The notes: a model not told the origin generated them from the letters alone. Numbered from the stretch's first letter, positions 18,778 through 29,026 are shown. The stretch: DNA of 64,000 nt from an uncultured Winogradskyella sp. (GCF_947501905.1 NZ_CANMXL010000004.1:144777-208776); one strand, 5' to 3'. Program-made: numbers and translations.

Positions 18778-20082
18778 ATGGACTATTTACCAAATATAAT
18801 TTTTGCAGTAATCCTAATTGCTGGCGTAGGTTATTTTGCCAGAAACATTAAAAAACTTATCCGAAACATAAAACTTGGTCATGATGTGCATACAAGTGAC
18901 AATAAAGGTCAACGTTGGAAAAACATGGCACGTATAGCTTTAGGACAAAGCAAAATGGTGGTGAGGCCTGTTGCTGGTTTTCTACACATTATTGTATATG
19001 TTGGTTTTGTGATTATAAATATCGAAGTTTTAGAAATTATAATTGATGGTCTTTTCGGAACACATCGTATAGGTCTAAAAGTGCTTCCAGAATCTGTTTA
19101 TGGTTTTCTGATTGGAAGTTTCGAAATCTTAGCTGTACTTGTTTTAGTTGCTGTTATTGTATTTTGGTTAAGACGAAACATCACTAATATTAAGCGTTTT
19201 AAAAGCTTAAAAGGTTGGCCAAAGAACGACGGTAATATTATTCTATATTTTGAAGTCGTTTTAATGTGCTTATTCCTAGTGATGAATGCTACAGATACTT
19301 CATTTCAAAGCATGAATGCAGGAAATGTAGTTTCACAATATATTTCGCCATTATTCGGAGACAATCCAGATACACTTCATCTTATTGAACGCACTGCTTG
19401 GTGGTTGCATATTATTGGTATCTTGATTTTCTTAAACTATCTGTACTTTTCAAAGCATTTGCACATTTTACTAGCGTTTCCAAATACATACTACGGAAAA
19501 TTAACACCAAAAGGACAGTTCAATAATCTTGAAGCAGTAACTAATGAGGTGAAGCTAATGATGGATCCAAATGCGGACCCGTTTGCTGCTCCTGCAGAAG
19601 ATGATAATGCAGACGAACCTGCAAAATTTGGTGCTAGTGATGTTATGGATTTAAACCGTATTCAGTTGCTTAATGCTTATACTTGTACGGAATGTGGGCG
19701 TTGTACGAGCGAATGTCCAGCAAATCAAACAGGTAAAAAGTTATCACCTCGTAAGATTATGATGGATACACGCGACCGTTTGGCTGAAGTTGGTAAAAAT
19801 ATCGATGCTAATAATGGCGAATTTAAAGATGACGGTAAACAGTTATTAGGCGATTACATTACAAAAGAAGAATTATGGGCGTGTACAACATGTAATGCCT
19901 GTGTTGAAGCTTGTCCTGTAAGTATTGACCCATTATCTATTATTATGGAAATGCGTCGCTATTTGGTTATGGAGGAAAGTGCAGCGCCAATGGAATTAAA
20001 TAATATGATGACCAATATAGAAAACAACGGTGCACCATGGCCTTATAACCAACAAGACCGTTTAAACTGGGTTAACGAATAA
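18778..20082 (+). CDS. membrane-bound (Fe-S)-binding oxidoreductase subunit (multi-TM N-terminus plus 2x[4Fe-4S] ferredoxin motifs)
   Basis: It carries CTECGRCTSECP and CTTCNACVEACP cluster motifs after about 5-6 TM helices. Confidence 0.75.
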   Translation: MDYLPNIIFAVILIAGVGYFARNIKKLIRNIKLGHDVHTSDNKGQRWKNMARIALGQSKMVVRPVAGFLHIIVYVGFVIINIEVLEIIIDGLFGTHRIGLKVLPESVYGFLIGSFEILAVLVLVAVIVFWLRRNITNIKRFKSLKGWPKNDGNIILYFEVVLMCLFLVMNATDTSFQSMNAGNVVSQYISPLFGDNPDTLHLIERTAWWLHIIGILIFLNYLYFSKHLHILLAFPNTYYGKLTPKGQFNNLEAVTNEVKLMMDPNADPFAAPAEDDNADEPAKFGASDVMDLNRIQLLNAYTCTECGRCTSECPANQTGKKLSPRKIMMDTRDRLAEVGKNIDANNGEFKDDGKQLLGDYITKEELWACTTCNACVEACPVSIDPLSIIMEMRRYLVMEESAAPMELNNMMTNIENNGAPWPYNQQDRLNWVNE

Positions 20083-20098
20083 ACCTATAATTAGAAAT

Positions 20099-20752
20099 AT
20101 GAAATACTTTTTCTCAATAACATTATTACTAATGAGCTTGGCCTTGTCTTCTCAAGACAATGATTTCAATAGTTCTACCGCAACATCTAAAGGAAGTTGG
20201 TTAGTTGGTGGGGGTTCTAATCTTTTTTTTAATTCAACGAATTCAAAAGTCGAATCTAATGGACAGGAACTAGATGGTCTAAATACTCTAAGTATTACAT
20301 TAGGAGTTGGAGCTGGCTACTTTGTTGCTAATAATTTAGTTATTGGTTTAGAATTACCAGTTACATTTTCTAGAAGAAAAGATGATGATATAGGTTTTAA
20401 TGTAAGAAATACAACTTTCGTAGTGTCTCCTTTTTTAAGATATTATTTCGGAAATACTAACATTAGACCATTTATTCAAGGAAATATTGGTTTTGGTTCT
20501 TCAAAATCTAAAAATAATTCTGATACTATAATTGCAAATCCAAATGACCCATTAGTTTTTCAGCCTATAGATACTAAATCAGATATATTTCAATACAGTT
20601 TAAATGGTGGAATAGCAATTTTTATTAGTCAAAATGTGGCTTTAGATATTGGAATTGGGTATAGTAGTACAACTACAAAACCTGACACATCAGACATAAA
20701 GTTTAAAAACAATACAATAGGATTTTTAGCAGGATTCAATATCTTTCTTTAA
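20099..20752 (+). CDS. small outer-membrane beta-barrel (porin-family) protein
   Basis: It has a signal peptide, alternating Gly/aromatic-rich strands and a C-terminal aromatic residue (..GFNIFL). Confidence 0.6.
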   Translation: MKYFFSITLLLMSLALSSQDNDFNSSTATSKGSWLVGGGSNLFFNSTNSKVESNGQELDGLNTLSITLGVGAGYFVANNLVIGLELPVTFSRRKDDDIGFNVRNTTFVVSPFLRYYFGNTNIRPFIQGNIGFGSSKSKNNSDTIIANPNDPLVFQPIDTKSDIFQYSLNGGIAIFISQNVALDIGIGYSSTTTKPDTSDIKFKNNTIGFLAGFNIFL

Positions 20753-20766
20753 AAGAAACACAAGCA

Positions 20767-21555
20767 ATGAAAGAGCAACTAAAAGTGCCAACAATGGCAG
20801 AATATATGGCAGAAGGCAAGCAACCAGAAATTTTATTTTGGGTAGGTTCTGCAGGTAGTTATGATGATAGAGCAAAAAAGATTACTAAAGCTTTTGTAAA
20901 GCTATTAAACAATGCAAACGTAGATTTTGCTGTGTTAGGTGCAGAAGAAAGTAATACTGGTGATGTTGCTAAACGTGCAGGAAATGAATTCTTATTTCAG
21001 ATGCAAGCCATGATGAATATCGAGGTGCTTAATGCTTATGAAATAAAGCGTATAGTTACTTGTGACCCACACTCTTTTAATTGCATTAAGAACGAGTATC
21101 CAGAACTTGGAGGTATTTACGATGTTATTCATCATACCCAATACATCAAGGAGTTGATAGATGCTGGAAGATTATCTGTAAAAGGAGACACCTACAAAGG
21201 CAAGCGCATTACTTTTCATGACCCTTGTTATTTAGGGCGAGCTAATAACGAATTTGATGCACCTAGAAACGTGCTTCAAAACACTAATGCTACCTTGGTT
21301 GAAATGAAAAAACATAAGCGTACAGCATTATGTTGTGGGGCTGGAGGTGCACAGATGTTTAAGGAGCCAGAAAAAGGTGATAAAGATGTCAATGTGCTAA
21401 GAACTGAACAAGCTCTTGAAACCACACCAGATATTATTGCTACTGGTTGCCCGTACTGCAATACGATGATGACTGATGGTATTAAAGCTAAAGAAAAAGA
21501 AGATAGTATCATTGTTTTGGATGTTGCGGAACTTATTGCAAACGACCAAGACTAG
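20767..21555 (+). CDS. (Fe-S)-binding protein with cysteine-rich CCG domains (HdrD/GlpC-like)
   Basis: It has CDPH, PCYLGR, CCGAGG and GCPYC motifs, which are typical of two CCG domains. Confidence 0.75.
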   Translation: MKEQLKVPTMAEYMAEGKQPEILFWVGSAGSYDDRAKKITKAFVKLLNNANVDFAVLGAEESNTGDVAKRAGNEFLFQMQAMMNIEVLNAYEIKRIVTCDPHSFNCIKNEYPELGGIYDVIHHTQYIKELIDAGRLSVKGDTYKGKRITFHDPCYLGRANNEFDAPRNVLQNTNATLVEMKKHKRTALCCGAGGAQMFKEPEKGDKDVNVLRTEQALETTPDIIATGCPYCNTMMTDGIKAKEKEDSIIVLDVAELIANDQD

Positions 21556-21557
21556 TT

Positions 21558-21749
21558 ATGAATGCTGCGGAAAAACAAATGCTTAAGATTGCCTTAAGAA
21601 ATGGTGTATTATTTACTGTTATTCTTTTGGTAATTAGTTATTTTAAAAACGGATTAATTAATTATAAGTGGATACCACTTTGGTTCTTGTTCTTTGCGGG
21701 AACAGGTGCGCTTCGCTATTATTATCAAAACAAAAAAACAAATGAATAG
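21558..21749 (+). CDS. small two-TM membrane protein
   Basis: The 63-aa ORF starts 2 nt after the previous stop and contains two hydrophobic helices. Confidence 0.4.
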   Translation: MNAAEKQMLKIALRNGVLFTVILLVISYFKNGLINYKWIPLWFLFFAGTGALRYYYQNKKTNE

Positions 21750-22380
21750 ACTATTATTTTTCGTCTTTTTTACATCTTCAATTTTTATCGGAAGCGCACA
21801 AGACAAAACTAAAGATGAAATTTTACAACTCATAGCTGACGATACATGCAAGTGTATTGCAACTAGTGATGTAAAGGCAAAAAAGACTATGAAAGAGAAA
21901 GAGTTAGCACTTGGTGTATGTCTTATTAAAAGTTACGGTGTTAGAAAAAAAGAGAGTAGTTATTTTAAGAAGAATCCTCAAGTAGATTTTGAAGCTTTAG
22001 GAGAAGAGGTTGGTGTTTTAATGGTAGGTACTTGTGGCGAAGATTTTATGGCGCTTTTTAATGAAGAAGAGCTAGGTGAATACATAGAGGATTATGCAGA
22101 TGATTCTTCACAACTATCCTATACGAGAGGTAATGTATTGAGCTTAGATGTTACATTGGTATCAATGGAAAATAATATTGTATCTTCTATAACAATGACT
22201 GATGATTTTGACAAGTCACATACCTTTGTCATTATCAACGAATTTGATGGTGCTAATCAATTAAAGAAATCTAATTTTGGAAAGCAATTTTATGTAGAAT
22301 ATCAAGAATTAGATATCTACGATTTAAGCGAAAAACGATACGTGAAAAAGAAAGTTTTAAAATCTATCAATAAACAATAA
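21742..22380 (+). CDS. secreted hypothetical protein
   Basis: The internal ATG gives MNRLLFFVFFTSSIFIGSAQ, a good signal peptide. It overlaps the previous stop (ATGAATAG). The track's start at 21694 lies inside the upstream gene. Confidence 0.5.
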   Translation: MNRLLFFVFFTSSIFIGSAQDKTKDEILQLIADDTCKCIATSDVKAKKTMKEKELALGVCLIKSYGVRKKESSYFKKNPQVDFEALGEEVGVLMVGTCGEDFMALFNEEELGEYIEDYADDSSQLSYTRGNVLSLDVTLVSMENNIVSSITMTDDFDKSHTFVIINEFDGANQLKKSNFGKQFYVEYQELDIYDLSEKRYVKKKVLKSINKQ

Positions 22381-22862
22381 TGCTAGTAGATTTCGATACA
22401 CTTCCCGTAGAATCACGTGTTTGGATATACCAAGCCAATCGTTCATTTTCTGAAACAGAAATATCTGAAATAGAGGAGAAGTTAAATGTTTTCATTGAAG
22501 CTTGGACTGCTCATGGACAAGATTTACAAGCAGGCTTTAAAATTGTATATAAACGTTTTATTGTTATTGCTCTAAATCAGAGTTTAAATACCGCAACAGG
22601 TTGTTCTATAGATGCTTCAGTACATTTTATTCAAGAATTAGAAAAGGCTTATAACGTTGATTTAATGGATAAAATGAACGTATCCTACAAACAAGGTGAA
22701 TATATAGCGCATAAATCCTTGATTGACTTCAAGAAAATGGCTAAGCAAAAAGCGGTATCAAAAAAGACCATTGTATTTAATAACTTGGTGACTAATATTG
22801 CAGAATTCAAAGAAAATTGGGAAGTTCCCGCAAGTGAGAGTTGGCATAGTAGATTTCTATAA
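22380..22862 (+). CDS. conserved hypothetical cytoplasmic protein
   Basis: The 160-aa ORF starts where TAATG overlaps the upstream stop, which suggests translational coupling. I recognised no motif. Confidence 0.5.
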   Translation: MLVDFDTLPVESRVWIYQANRSFSETEISEIEEKLNVFIEAWTAHGQDLQAGFKIVYKRFIVIALNQSLNTATGCSIDASVHFIQELEKAYNVDLMDKMNVSYKQGEYIAHKSLIDFKKMAKQKAVSKKTIVFNNLVTNIAEFKENWEVPASESWHSRFL

Positions 22863-22977
22863 TTAAAGATTTCTCAGTCATATCTCGTAATTTTTATAAA
22901 ATTCACAATTCATTTTCCTTTTATTATTTATCGAGATTAAGCATATTTACACTTCTCAAATAATCAATCTGCATTTA

Positions 22978-24201
22978 GTGGCAAAAGATATTTTTTTATT
23001 AAATATTTCAGGTCAAGACAAACCTGGATTAACTTCAGGTTTGACTAGTGTTTTAGCACAATACGGTGCAAAAATATTAGACATTGGTCAAGCCAATATT
23101 CACGATACATTGTCTTTAGGTATGATGTTCGAGATAGAATCTGGCCCTAAATCTTCTGCGGTGCAAAAAGATTTATTATTCAAAGCATACGAGTTAGGAA
23201 TTACTGCAAAGTTTAAACCCATTTCTTTAGACGATTACGAGCATTGGGTTAATTTACAAGGAAAGGATCGCTACATCGTCACTATTCTAGGTGAAAAATT
23301 AGCAGCAGAACAGATTTCTGAAGTCACTAATGTGATATCAGGAAAAGGGTTGAATATTGATTCAATTAAGCGTCTAACAGGTAGATTATCGCTTGTGAGA
23401 ACAGAAGAATATCCTAGAGCATCTATTCAATTGTCCATTCGTGGGCGAATAGATAACAAAACAGAGTTGACTGAAAAATTTATGCAAATTTCGCATGATT
23501 TGGATGTAGATATTGCATTTCAAGAGGATAATATCTTTAGGCGTAATAGACGCTTGGTATGCTTTGATATGGATTCAACTCTAATTCAGACAGAAGTTAT
23601 TGATGAGCTAGCTGAGTTAGCTGGAGTAGGCACCGAAGTAAGAGCTATAACTGAGTCTGCTATGCAAGGCGAGATAGATTTTAATGAAAGCTTTAAAAGA
23701 CGCATGAAACTTCTCAAAGGACTCTCAGAAGATGTGCTACAACAAGTCGCTGTAAACTTACCTATTACTAAAGGTGCTCGACGATTAGTAGATACATTGC
23801 ATAGTTATGGTTTTAAAACGGCTATACTTTCGGGAGGGTTTACTTATTTTGGTAATTATCTTAAAGAAAAATTGGACATCGATTACGTTTATGCTAACGA
23901 GCTAGAAATTAAAGACGGATTCCTCACAGGTAGCTACATTGGTGATATTGTGGACGGAAATAAAAAAGCAGAGTATTTGCAACTACTTGCTGATAAAGAA
24001 GGTATAGATATTAGCCAGACTATTGCTGTTGGTGATGGAGCCAACGATTTGCAAATGCTTAATCTGGCAGGTTTAGGTATTGCATTTCACGCAAAACCAA
24101 AGGTCAAAGACAATGCGCAGAGTTCAATCTCAAGTATTGGCTTAGACGGCGTGCTATATCTTTTAGGCTATCATGACCGTCATATAGACTTGTTAGATTA
24201 G
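22978..24201 (+). CDS. serB: phosphoserine phosphatase SerB with N-terminal ACT domains
   Basis: It has HAD motifs FDMDSTLIQ and GDGANDL, plus an ACT-like N-terminus (ISGQDKPGLTS). The start codon is GTG. Confidence 0.85.
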   Translation: MAKDIFLLNISGQDKPGLTSGLTSVLAQYGAKILDIGQANIHDTLSLGMMFEIESGPKSSAVQKDLLFKAYELGITAKFKPISLDDYEHWVNLQGKDRYIVTILGEKLAAEQISEVTNVISGKGLNIDSIKRLTGRLSLVRTEEYPRASIQLSIRGRIDNKTELTEKFMQISHDLDVDIAFQEDNIFRRNRRLVCFDMDSTLIQTEVIDELAELAGVGTEVRAITESAMQGEIDFNESFKRRMKLLKGLSEDVLQQVAVNLPITKGARRLVDTLHSYGFKTAILSGGFTYFGNYLKEKLDIDYVYANELEIKDGFLTGSYIGDIVDGNKKAEYLQLLADKEGIDISQTIAVGDGANDLQMLNLAGLGIAFHAKPKVKDNAQSSISSIGLDGVLYLLGYHDRHIDLLD

Positions 24202-24316
24202 TTTTAACTGTTAATATATGTCTTTATAAATCTATCTTAAAGTCTTTTTACTTGTTTGTTTTTATGCTAATTTGGCATAGTATTCGTTATAGATTAAATA
24301 CTATAAAAACAAATTC

Positions 24317-27277
24317 ATGAAGCGTATTGCCCTCATCATATTTTTATTCTTTTTTTCTCTTAGTTTTTCACAAGAGAACACACCAAATCCTTTACTAACA
24401 GAAGATATTGAAGCTCAACAGAAGTGGGTTGACAGTGTCTATGATTCTATGACTGTTAAAGAGCGTATTGGGCAATTGTTTATGGTCCAAGCGTTTTCTA
24501 ATAAAGGATTTAAGCACGAAAATGAGATTGCAGCAATGGTAAAACAATATGGCATTGGTGGTGTTATTTATTCAAAAGGAGGTCCAACACGTCAAGTAAA
24601 AATGAATAACAATTTACAGTCAGAATCTAAAATTCCGCTTTTAATTGGTATGGACGCAGAATGGGGTTTGAATATGCGTTTAGATTCTACGTATGCATTT
24701 CCTTGGAATATGACCTTAGGTGCAGTTTCTGATAATAAATTAGTTGAGCAAACAGGTTATCAAATAGGTGAGCACTGTAAGCGAGTCGGCGTCCATTTTA
24801 ATTTTGCACCAGTAGTAGATATTAATACCAATCCAAAAAACCCAATTATTGGAAATCGCTCTTTTGGAGAAGATAAAGATAATGTAACTAATAAAGCTTT
24901 AGCTTTTATGAAAGGTATGCAATCAGCTGGTGTTTTAGCTAATGCAAAACATTTTCCTGGTCATGGAGATACAGATGCAGATTCTCATAAAACTTTGCCG
25001 ACAGTTAGTTTTACTAAAAAACGAATTGATTCTGTAGAACTATATCCCTATAGAAAGCTCATTAAAGAAGGACTGTCTAGTGTTATGGTAGCGCATTTGA
25101 ATATTCCAGAATTAGGGATTCAAAACGGCTTACCTACATCTTTATCTAAATATGTAGTAACAGATTTGCTAAAAAATGAATTAGGGTTTAAAGGCTTGAT
25201 TTTTACGGATGCATTAACAATGAAAGGTGCAGCAGACTTTGTAGAACCTGTAATTGACGGTGTGGCTACTAAGAAAATGGATACACGAGGTGAAATAGAC
25301 CTTATGGCCTTTAAAGCAGGTAATGATGTAATGCTAATGTCCGAAAATGTACCTAAGGGTATTGAAAAGATTTTTAAGGCATTTGAAAAAGGTAATATTT
25401 CTGAAGAGCGCTTGGCGCATTCCGTAAAGAAGATACTAATGGCTAAATATAAGGTTGGGCTTCAGGATTATAAACCTTTACCATATCATGGTGTTCATGG
25501 AGATATAAATAGAGTTGAAGATGATGTTTTATATGGAAAACTCTTTGAAGAAGCGGTTACGGTCTTAAAAAATAAGAATAGCATTTTACCTTTACGCAAT
25601 TTAGAGACTAAGAAGATTGCTTATGTGTCATTGGGTGATGATAAGGGTTCTGATTTTTATAATGAATTAAAAAAATACACTAAAGTTCATAAAGTCTCAG
25701 CAGAAAGTTTGAACGATTTGTTAGAGAAACTTAAAAACTATAATACTGTTGTTATTGGTTTTCATAAATCGAATGCAAACCCATGGAAATCTTATAAGTT
25801 TTCTACTAAAGCATTAACTTGGCTTTATGAGATTGCAAGAACAAATACGGTTGTTCTCGATGTATTTGCAAGACCTTATGCTTTGATGGATTTTAGTACT
25901 ATTGAAAACATTGAAGCTGTTGTGATGAGTTATCAAAATAGTACCATATCACAGCAAAAATCTGCACAATTATTATTTGGAGCTATTGGCGCCAAAGGGA
26001 AATTACCTGTTTCTGCTGGACAATATTTTCAATACGGACAAGGAGAAAGATACAATGCACTTAATAATCTGTCGTACGGACTGCCAGAATCTGTAGGAGT
26101 AGATTCTAAACTATTGAATTTTAAATTAGATTCTATAGCAAATTATGCAGTTAATGAAAAAATGACACCAGGCATTCAGCTTTTAGTAGCTAGAAAAGGA
26201 AAGGTGATTTATAATAAAAACTTTGGGTATCATACATACAGTAAAAAGAACAAGGTAGACTTTGATGATGTATATGATGTAGCATCTTTGACAAAGATTA
26301 TGTCGACATTACCTTTAATCATGGAGCTTCAAGAGAATAATGTGCTGTCGCTAAACACAAAAATTTCAAAATTGCTTCCAGAATATAAAGGCACTAATAA
26401 AGAAGATATTACTATAAAGCAGATGCTGTCTCATTATGCACGTTTAAAACCTTGGGTGCCCTTTTATGCAAAAACACTAGATACGATTACTAAAAAACCT
26501 CTAAAAAAATGGTATAGAAATTCAAGAATTGGAGCATACAATGTAGAAGTGACAGATAATTTATTTATGCGTAAAGATTATAAAGATTCTATACATGATA
26601 TTATTAAAGAAACAGATTTGCTATCTACGCTGCGTTACAGATATAGTGATTTACCTTATTATATATTAAAAAAGTATATAGAAAAATATCACGATAAAGG
26701 TTTGGACGAGCTGATTCAAGACCATATATACCAATCTTTAGGCGCTAATTATGCGACTTACAAACCAAGAGATAAATTCAGTTTAAAAGACATAGTACCA
26801 ACAGAAGTAGATGATTATTTTAGGTATCAAAAAGTACACGGTTATGTTCATGATATGGGTGCAGCTATGCAAAATGGAGTTGGTGGTCACGCAGGTGTTT
26901 TTAGTAATGCAAATGATGTCGCAAAGTTGATGCAAATGTATTTACAGAATGGCTTTTATGGCGGAAAGAGATATTTTAAGACTGAGACTCTAGCACAATT
27001 TACTAAATGCCATTATTGCCATAGAGATAATAGGCGAGGTATAGGCTTCGATAAACCACAGCTTGGTGATGTTGGACCAACATGTGGTTGTATTTCAATG
27101 ACAAGTTTTGGACATTCTGGTTTTACCGGAACTTATGCTTGGGCTGACCCAGAAGAAGAAATTGTATATGTCTTTTTAGCTAATAGAACTTATCCAAAAG
27201 CTGGTAAAAACAGATTATTGCGCGAGAATATTAGAACAGAAATTCAACGTTATATATACGAAGCCATCATAGATTAA
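24317..27277 (+). CDS. glycoside hydrolase family 3 (NagZ-like) fused to a serine beta-lactamase/PBP-like hydrolase
   Basis: The N-terminal half has KHFPGHGDTDADSH and GF.G...TD (GH3). The C-terminal half has an SxxK motif (ASLTK) and an HSGFTGT motif. A signal peptide is present. Confidence 0.8.
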   Translation: MKRIALIIFLFFFSLSFSQENTPNPLLTEDIEAQQKWVDSVYDSMTVKERIGQLFMVQAFSNKGFKHENEIAAMVKQYGIGGVIYSKGGPTRQVKMNNNLQSESKIPLLIGMDAEWGLNMRLDSTYAFPWNMTLGAVSDNKLVEQTGYQIGEHCKRVGVHFNFAPVVDINTNPKNPIIGNRSFGEDKDNVTNKALAFMKGMQSAGVLANAKHFPGHGDTDADSHKTLPTVSFTKKRIDSVELYPYRKLIKEGLSSVMVAHLNIPELGIQNGLPTSLSKYVVTDLLKNELGFKGLIFTDALTMKGAADFVEPVIDGVATKKMDTRGEIDLMAFKAGNDVMLMSENVPKGIEKIFKAFEKGNISEERLAHSVKKILMAKYKVGLQDYKPLPYHGVHGDINRVEDDVLYGKLFEEAVTVLKNKNSILPLRNLETKKIAYVSLGDDKGSDFYNELKKYTKVHKVSAESLNDLLEKLKNYNTVVIGFHKSNANPWKSYKFSTKALTWLYEIARTNTVVLDVFARPYALMDFSTIENIEAVVMSYQNSTISQQKSAQLLFGAIGAKGKLPVSAGQYFQYGQGERYNALNNLSYGLPESVGVDSKLLNFKLDSIANYAVNEKMTPGIQLLVARKGKVIYNKNFGYHTYSKKNKVDFDDVYDVASLTKIMSTLPLIMELQENNVLSLNTKISKLLPEYKGTNKEDITIKQMLSHYARLKPWVPFYAKTLDTITKKPLKKWYRNSRIGAYNVEVTDNLFMRKDYKDSIHDIIKETDLLSTLRYRYSDLPYYILKKYIEKYHDKGLDELIQDHIYQSLGANYATYKPRDKFSLKDIVPTEVDDYFRYQKVHGYVHDMGAAMQNGVGGHAGVFSNANDVAKLMQMYLQNGFYGGKRYFKTETLAQFTKCHYCHRDNRRGIGFDKPQLGDVGPTCGCISMTSFGHSGFTGTYAWADPEEEIVYVFLANRTYPKAGKNRLLRENIRTEIQRYIYEAIID

Positions 27278-27364
27278 TAGAGTTTTAATTATTCGTTAAA
27301 ACTAACAAACTTCAAGCTTTACTATTTCAAATCTTTTAATTTAGCTTAATATAATCAACACAAT

Positions 27365-28501
27365 ATGAAAATTGGAATTGTTTGCTATCCTACCTTTGGT
27401 GGTAGTGGTGTGGTTGCCACCGAATTAGGCTTAGAATTATCTAAACGTGGACATGAAATACATTTTATTACCTATAAGCAACCGGTACGCTTAGAATTGT
27501 TAAGCAAAAATGTACATTTTCATGAGGTGCACGTCCCGGAATATCCATTGTTTCATTACCAACCCTATGAATTAGCTTTATCAAGTAAGTTAGTAGATAT
27601 GGTGAAATTGCATGGTATAGAATTACTGCATGTGCATTATGCGATTCCACATGCTTATGCCGCTTATATGGCACAACAAATGCTAAAAGATGATGGTGTT
27701 TATGTACCAATAGTTACAACTTTACATGGTACAGATATCACCTTGGTTGGTAGTCACCCTTTTTATAAGCCTGCAGTAACTTTTAGTATTAATAAATCTG
27801 ATGCTGTTACTTCAGTATCAGAAAGTTTAAAACAAGATACACTGCGTTTGTTTGATATAAAAAATGAAATTGAAGTAGTACCAAACTTCATTGATATAGA
27901 GAAGCATCAACCAAATTTTACAGACTGCCAGCGTAGTATGATGGCAACAGATGACGAGCTAATAATTACACACATAAGTAATTTCAGAGAAGTAAAAAAC
28001 ATACCAGATGTAATAAAGGTATTTTATAACGTTCAAAAAGAGATTCCAGCAAAATTAATGATGGTTGGTGAAGGACCAGAAAGAGAACCTGCAGAAAACT
28101 TAGTGAAGCATTTAGGTATTAGTGACAAGGTTGTTTTCTTTGGAAACAGTAATGAAATAGATAGAATCTTATGTTTTAGTGATTTATTTCTGTTGCCCTC
28201 GCAGACCGAGAGTTTTGGACTTGCTGCGCTTGAAGCAATGGCATCAAGCGTTCCTGTTGTATCTTCTAATTCTGGTGGGCTTTCTGAAGTAAATAAAGAT
28301 GGTTACTCAGGGTATTTAAGTGATGTTGGAAATGTAGAGGAAATGACTAGAAATGCTCTTAAAATACTTCGAAATAAAGAAACATTACTTGTATTTAAAG
28401 CTAATGCTAAAGCTCAATCTCTAAACTTCGATTTGCACGCTATTGTGCCAAAATATGAAGCGATATATGAGAAAACATTGTCTGAGTATTTAGTAAAATA
28501 A
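27365..28501 (+). CDS. bshA: N-acetyl-alpha-D-glucosaminyl L-malate synthase (GT4)
   Basis: MKIGIVCYPTFGGSGVVATELG, HVHYAIPHA and an E(x7)E region (FGLAALEAMAS) are characteristic of BshA. Confidence 0.8.
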   Translation: MKIGIVCYPTFGGSGVVATELGLELSKRGHEIHFITYKQPVRLELLSKNVHFHEVHVPEYPLFHYQPYELALSSKLVDMVKLHGIELLHVHYAIPHAYAAYMAQQMLKDDGVYVPIVTTLHGTDITLVGSHPFYKPAVTFSINKSDAVTSVSESLKQDTLRLFDIKNEIEVVPNFIDIEKHQPNFTDCQRSMMATDDELIITHISNFREVKNIPDVIKVFYNVQKEIPAKLMMVGEGPEREPAENLVKHLGISDKVVFFGNSNEIDRILCFSDLFLLPSQTESFGLAALEAMASSVPVVSSNSGGLSEVNKDGYSGYLSDVGNVEEMTRNALKILRNKETLLVFKANAKAQSLNFDLHAIVPKYEAIYEKTLSEYLVK

Positions 28502-28532
28502 AAAAAGCCATCTATCAAGGATGGCTTTTTTT
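28501..28532. terminator. bidirectional Rho-independent terminator between convergent genes
   Basis: AAAAAAGCCATC-tatcaag-GATGGCTTTTTTT is a GC-containing stem flanked by an A-run and a T-run. Confidence 0.7.
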
Positions 28533-28549
28533 ATAGACTTTATAGGTGC

Positions 28550-29026
28550 TTAAAATTGATATCTAATACCTAATGCAATATCAAAGTTTGTATCGTCATT
28601 GAAATCCCCAAAACTAATTTCAGGTCTAAAATCTAAGGATATTAAAAGTGGTATATCAAAATCATATTCAATACCAACGTCCCCAGCAATAAAGAAAAAA
28701 GTTTCGCTATCGTTAATTGGTGCATCAAAATCATAAGATCCTACGCCACCACCAGCACCTGCATACCAGTTAAAACCGCCGTCTATGTTCCATACCCATT
28801 GGTAAATTCCTGCGAGTTTAAAACCGTCAAAGTCATCACCAGTTCTCCAGCCCAAGTCTAGTTCTAATCGATTATTATCACCCAATGCACGTTGATAAGA
28901 AATTTCAGCACCAAGACCATCACTATCGCCAAGACGTAATCCAATGGCGTTGTCAGAAATGCTTTGCGCGTTTGTAAATAATAGGCACCCAATTATTGCA
29001 AATGCCGAGAAAACAAATTTTTTCAT
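28550..29026 (-). CDS. small outer-membrane beta-barrel (porin-family) protein
   Basis: It has a signal peptide, 8-strand-like alternating segments and a C-terminal ..GIRYQF. Confidence 0.65.
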   Translation of the reverse strand: MKKFVFSAFAIIGCLLFTNAQSISDNAIGLRLGDSDGLGAEISYQRALGDNNRLELDLGWRTGDDFDGFKLAGIYQWVWNIDGGFNWYAGAGGGVGSYDFDAPINDSETFFFIAGDVGIEYDFDIPLLISLDFRPEISFGDFNDDTNFDIALGIRYQF

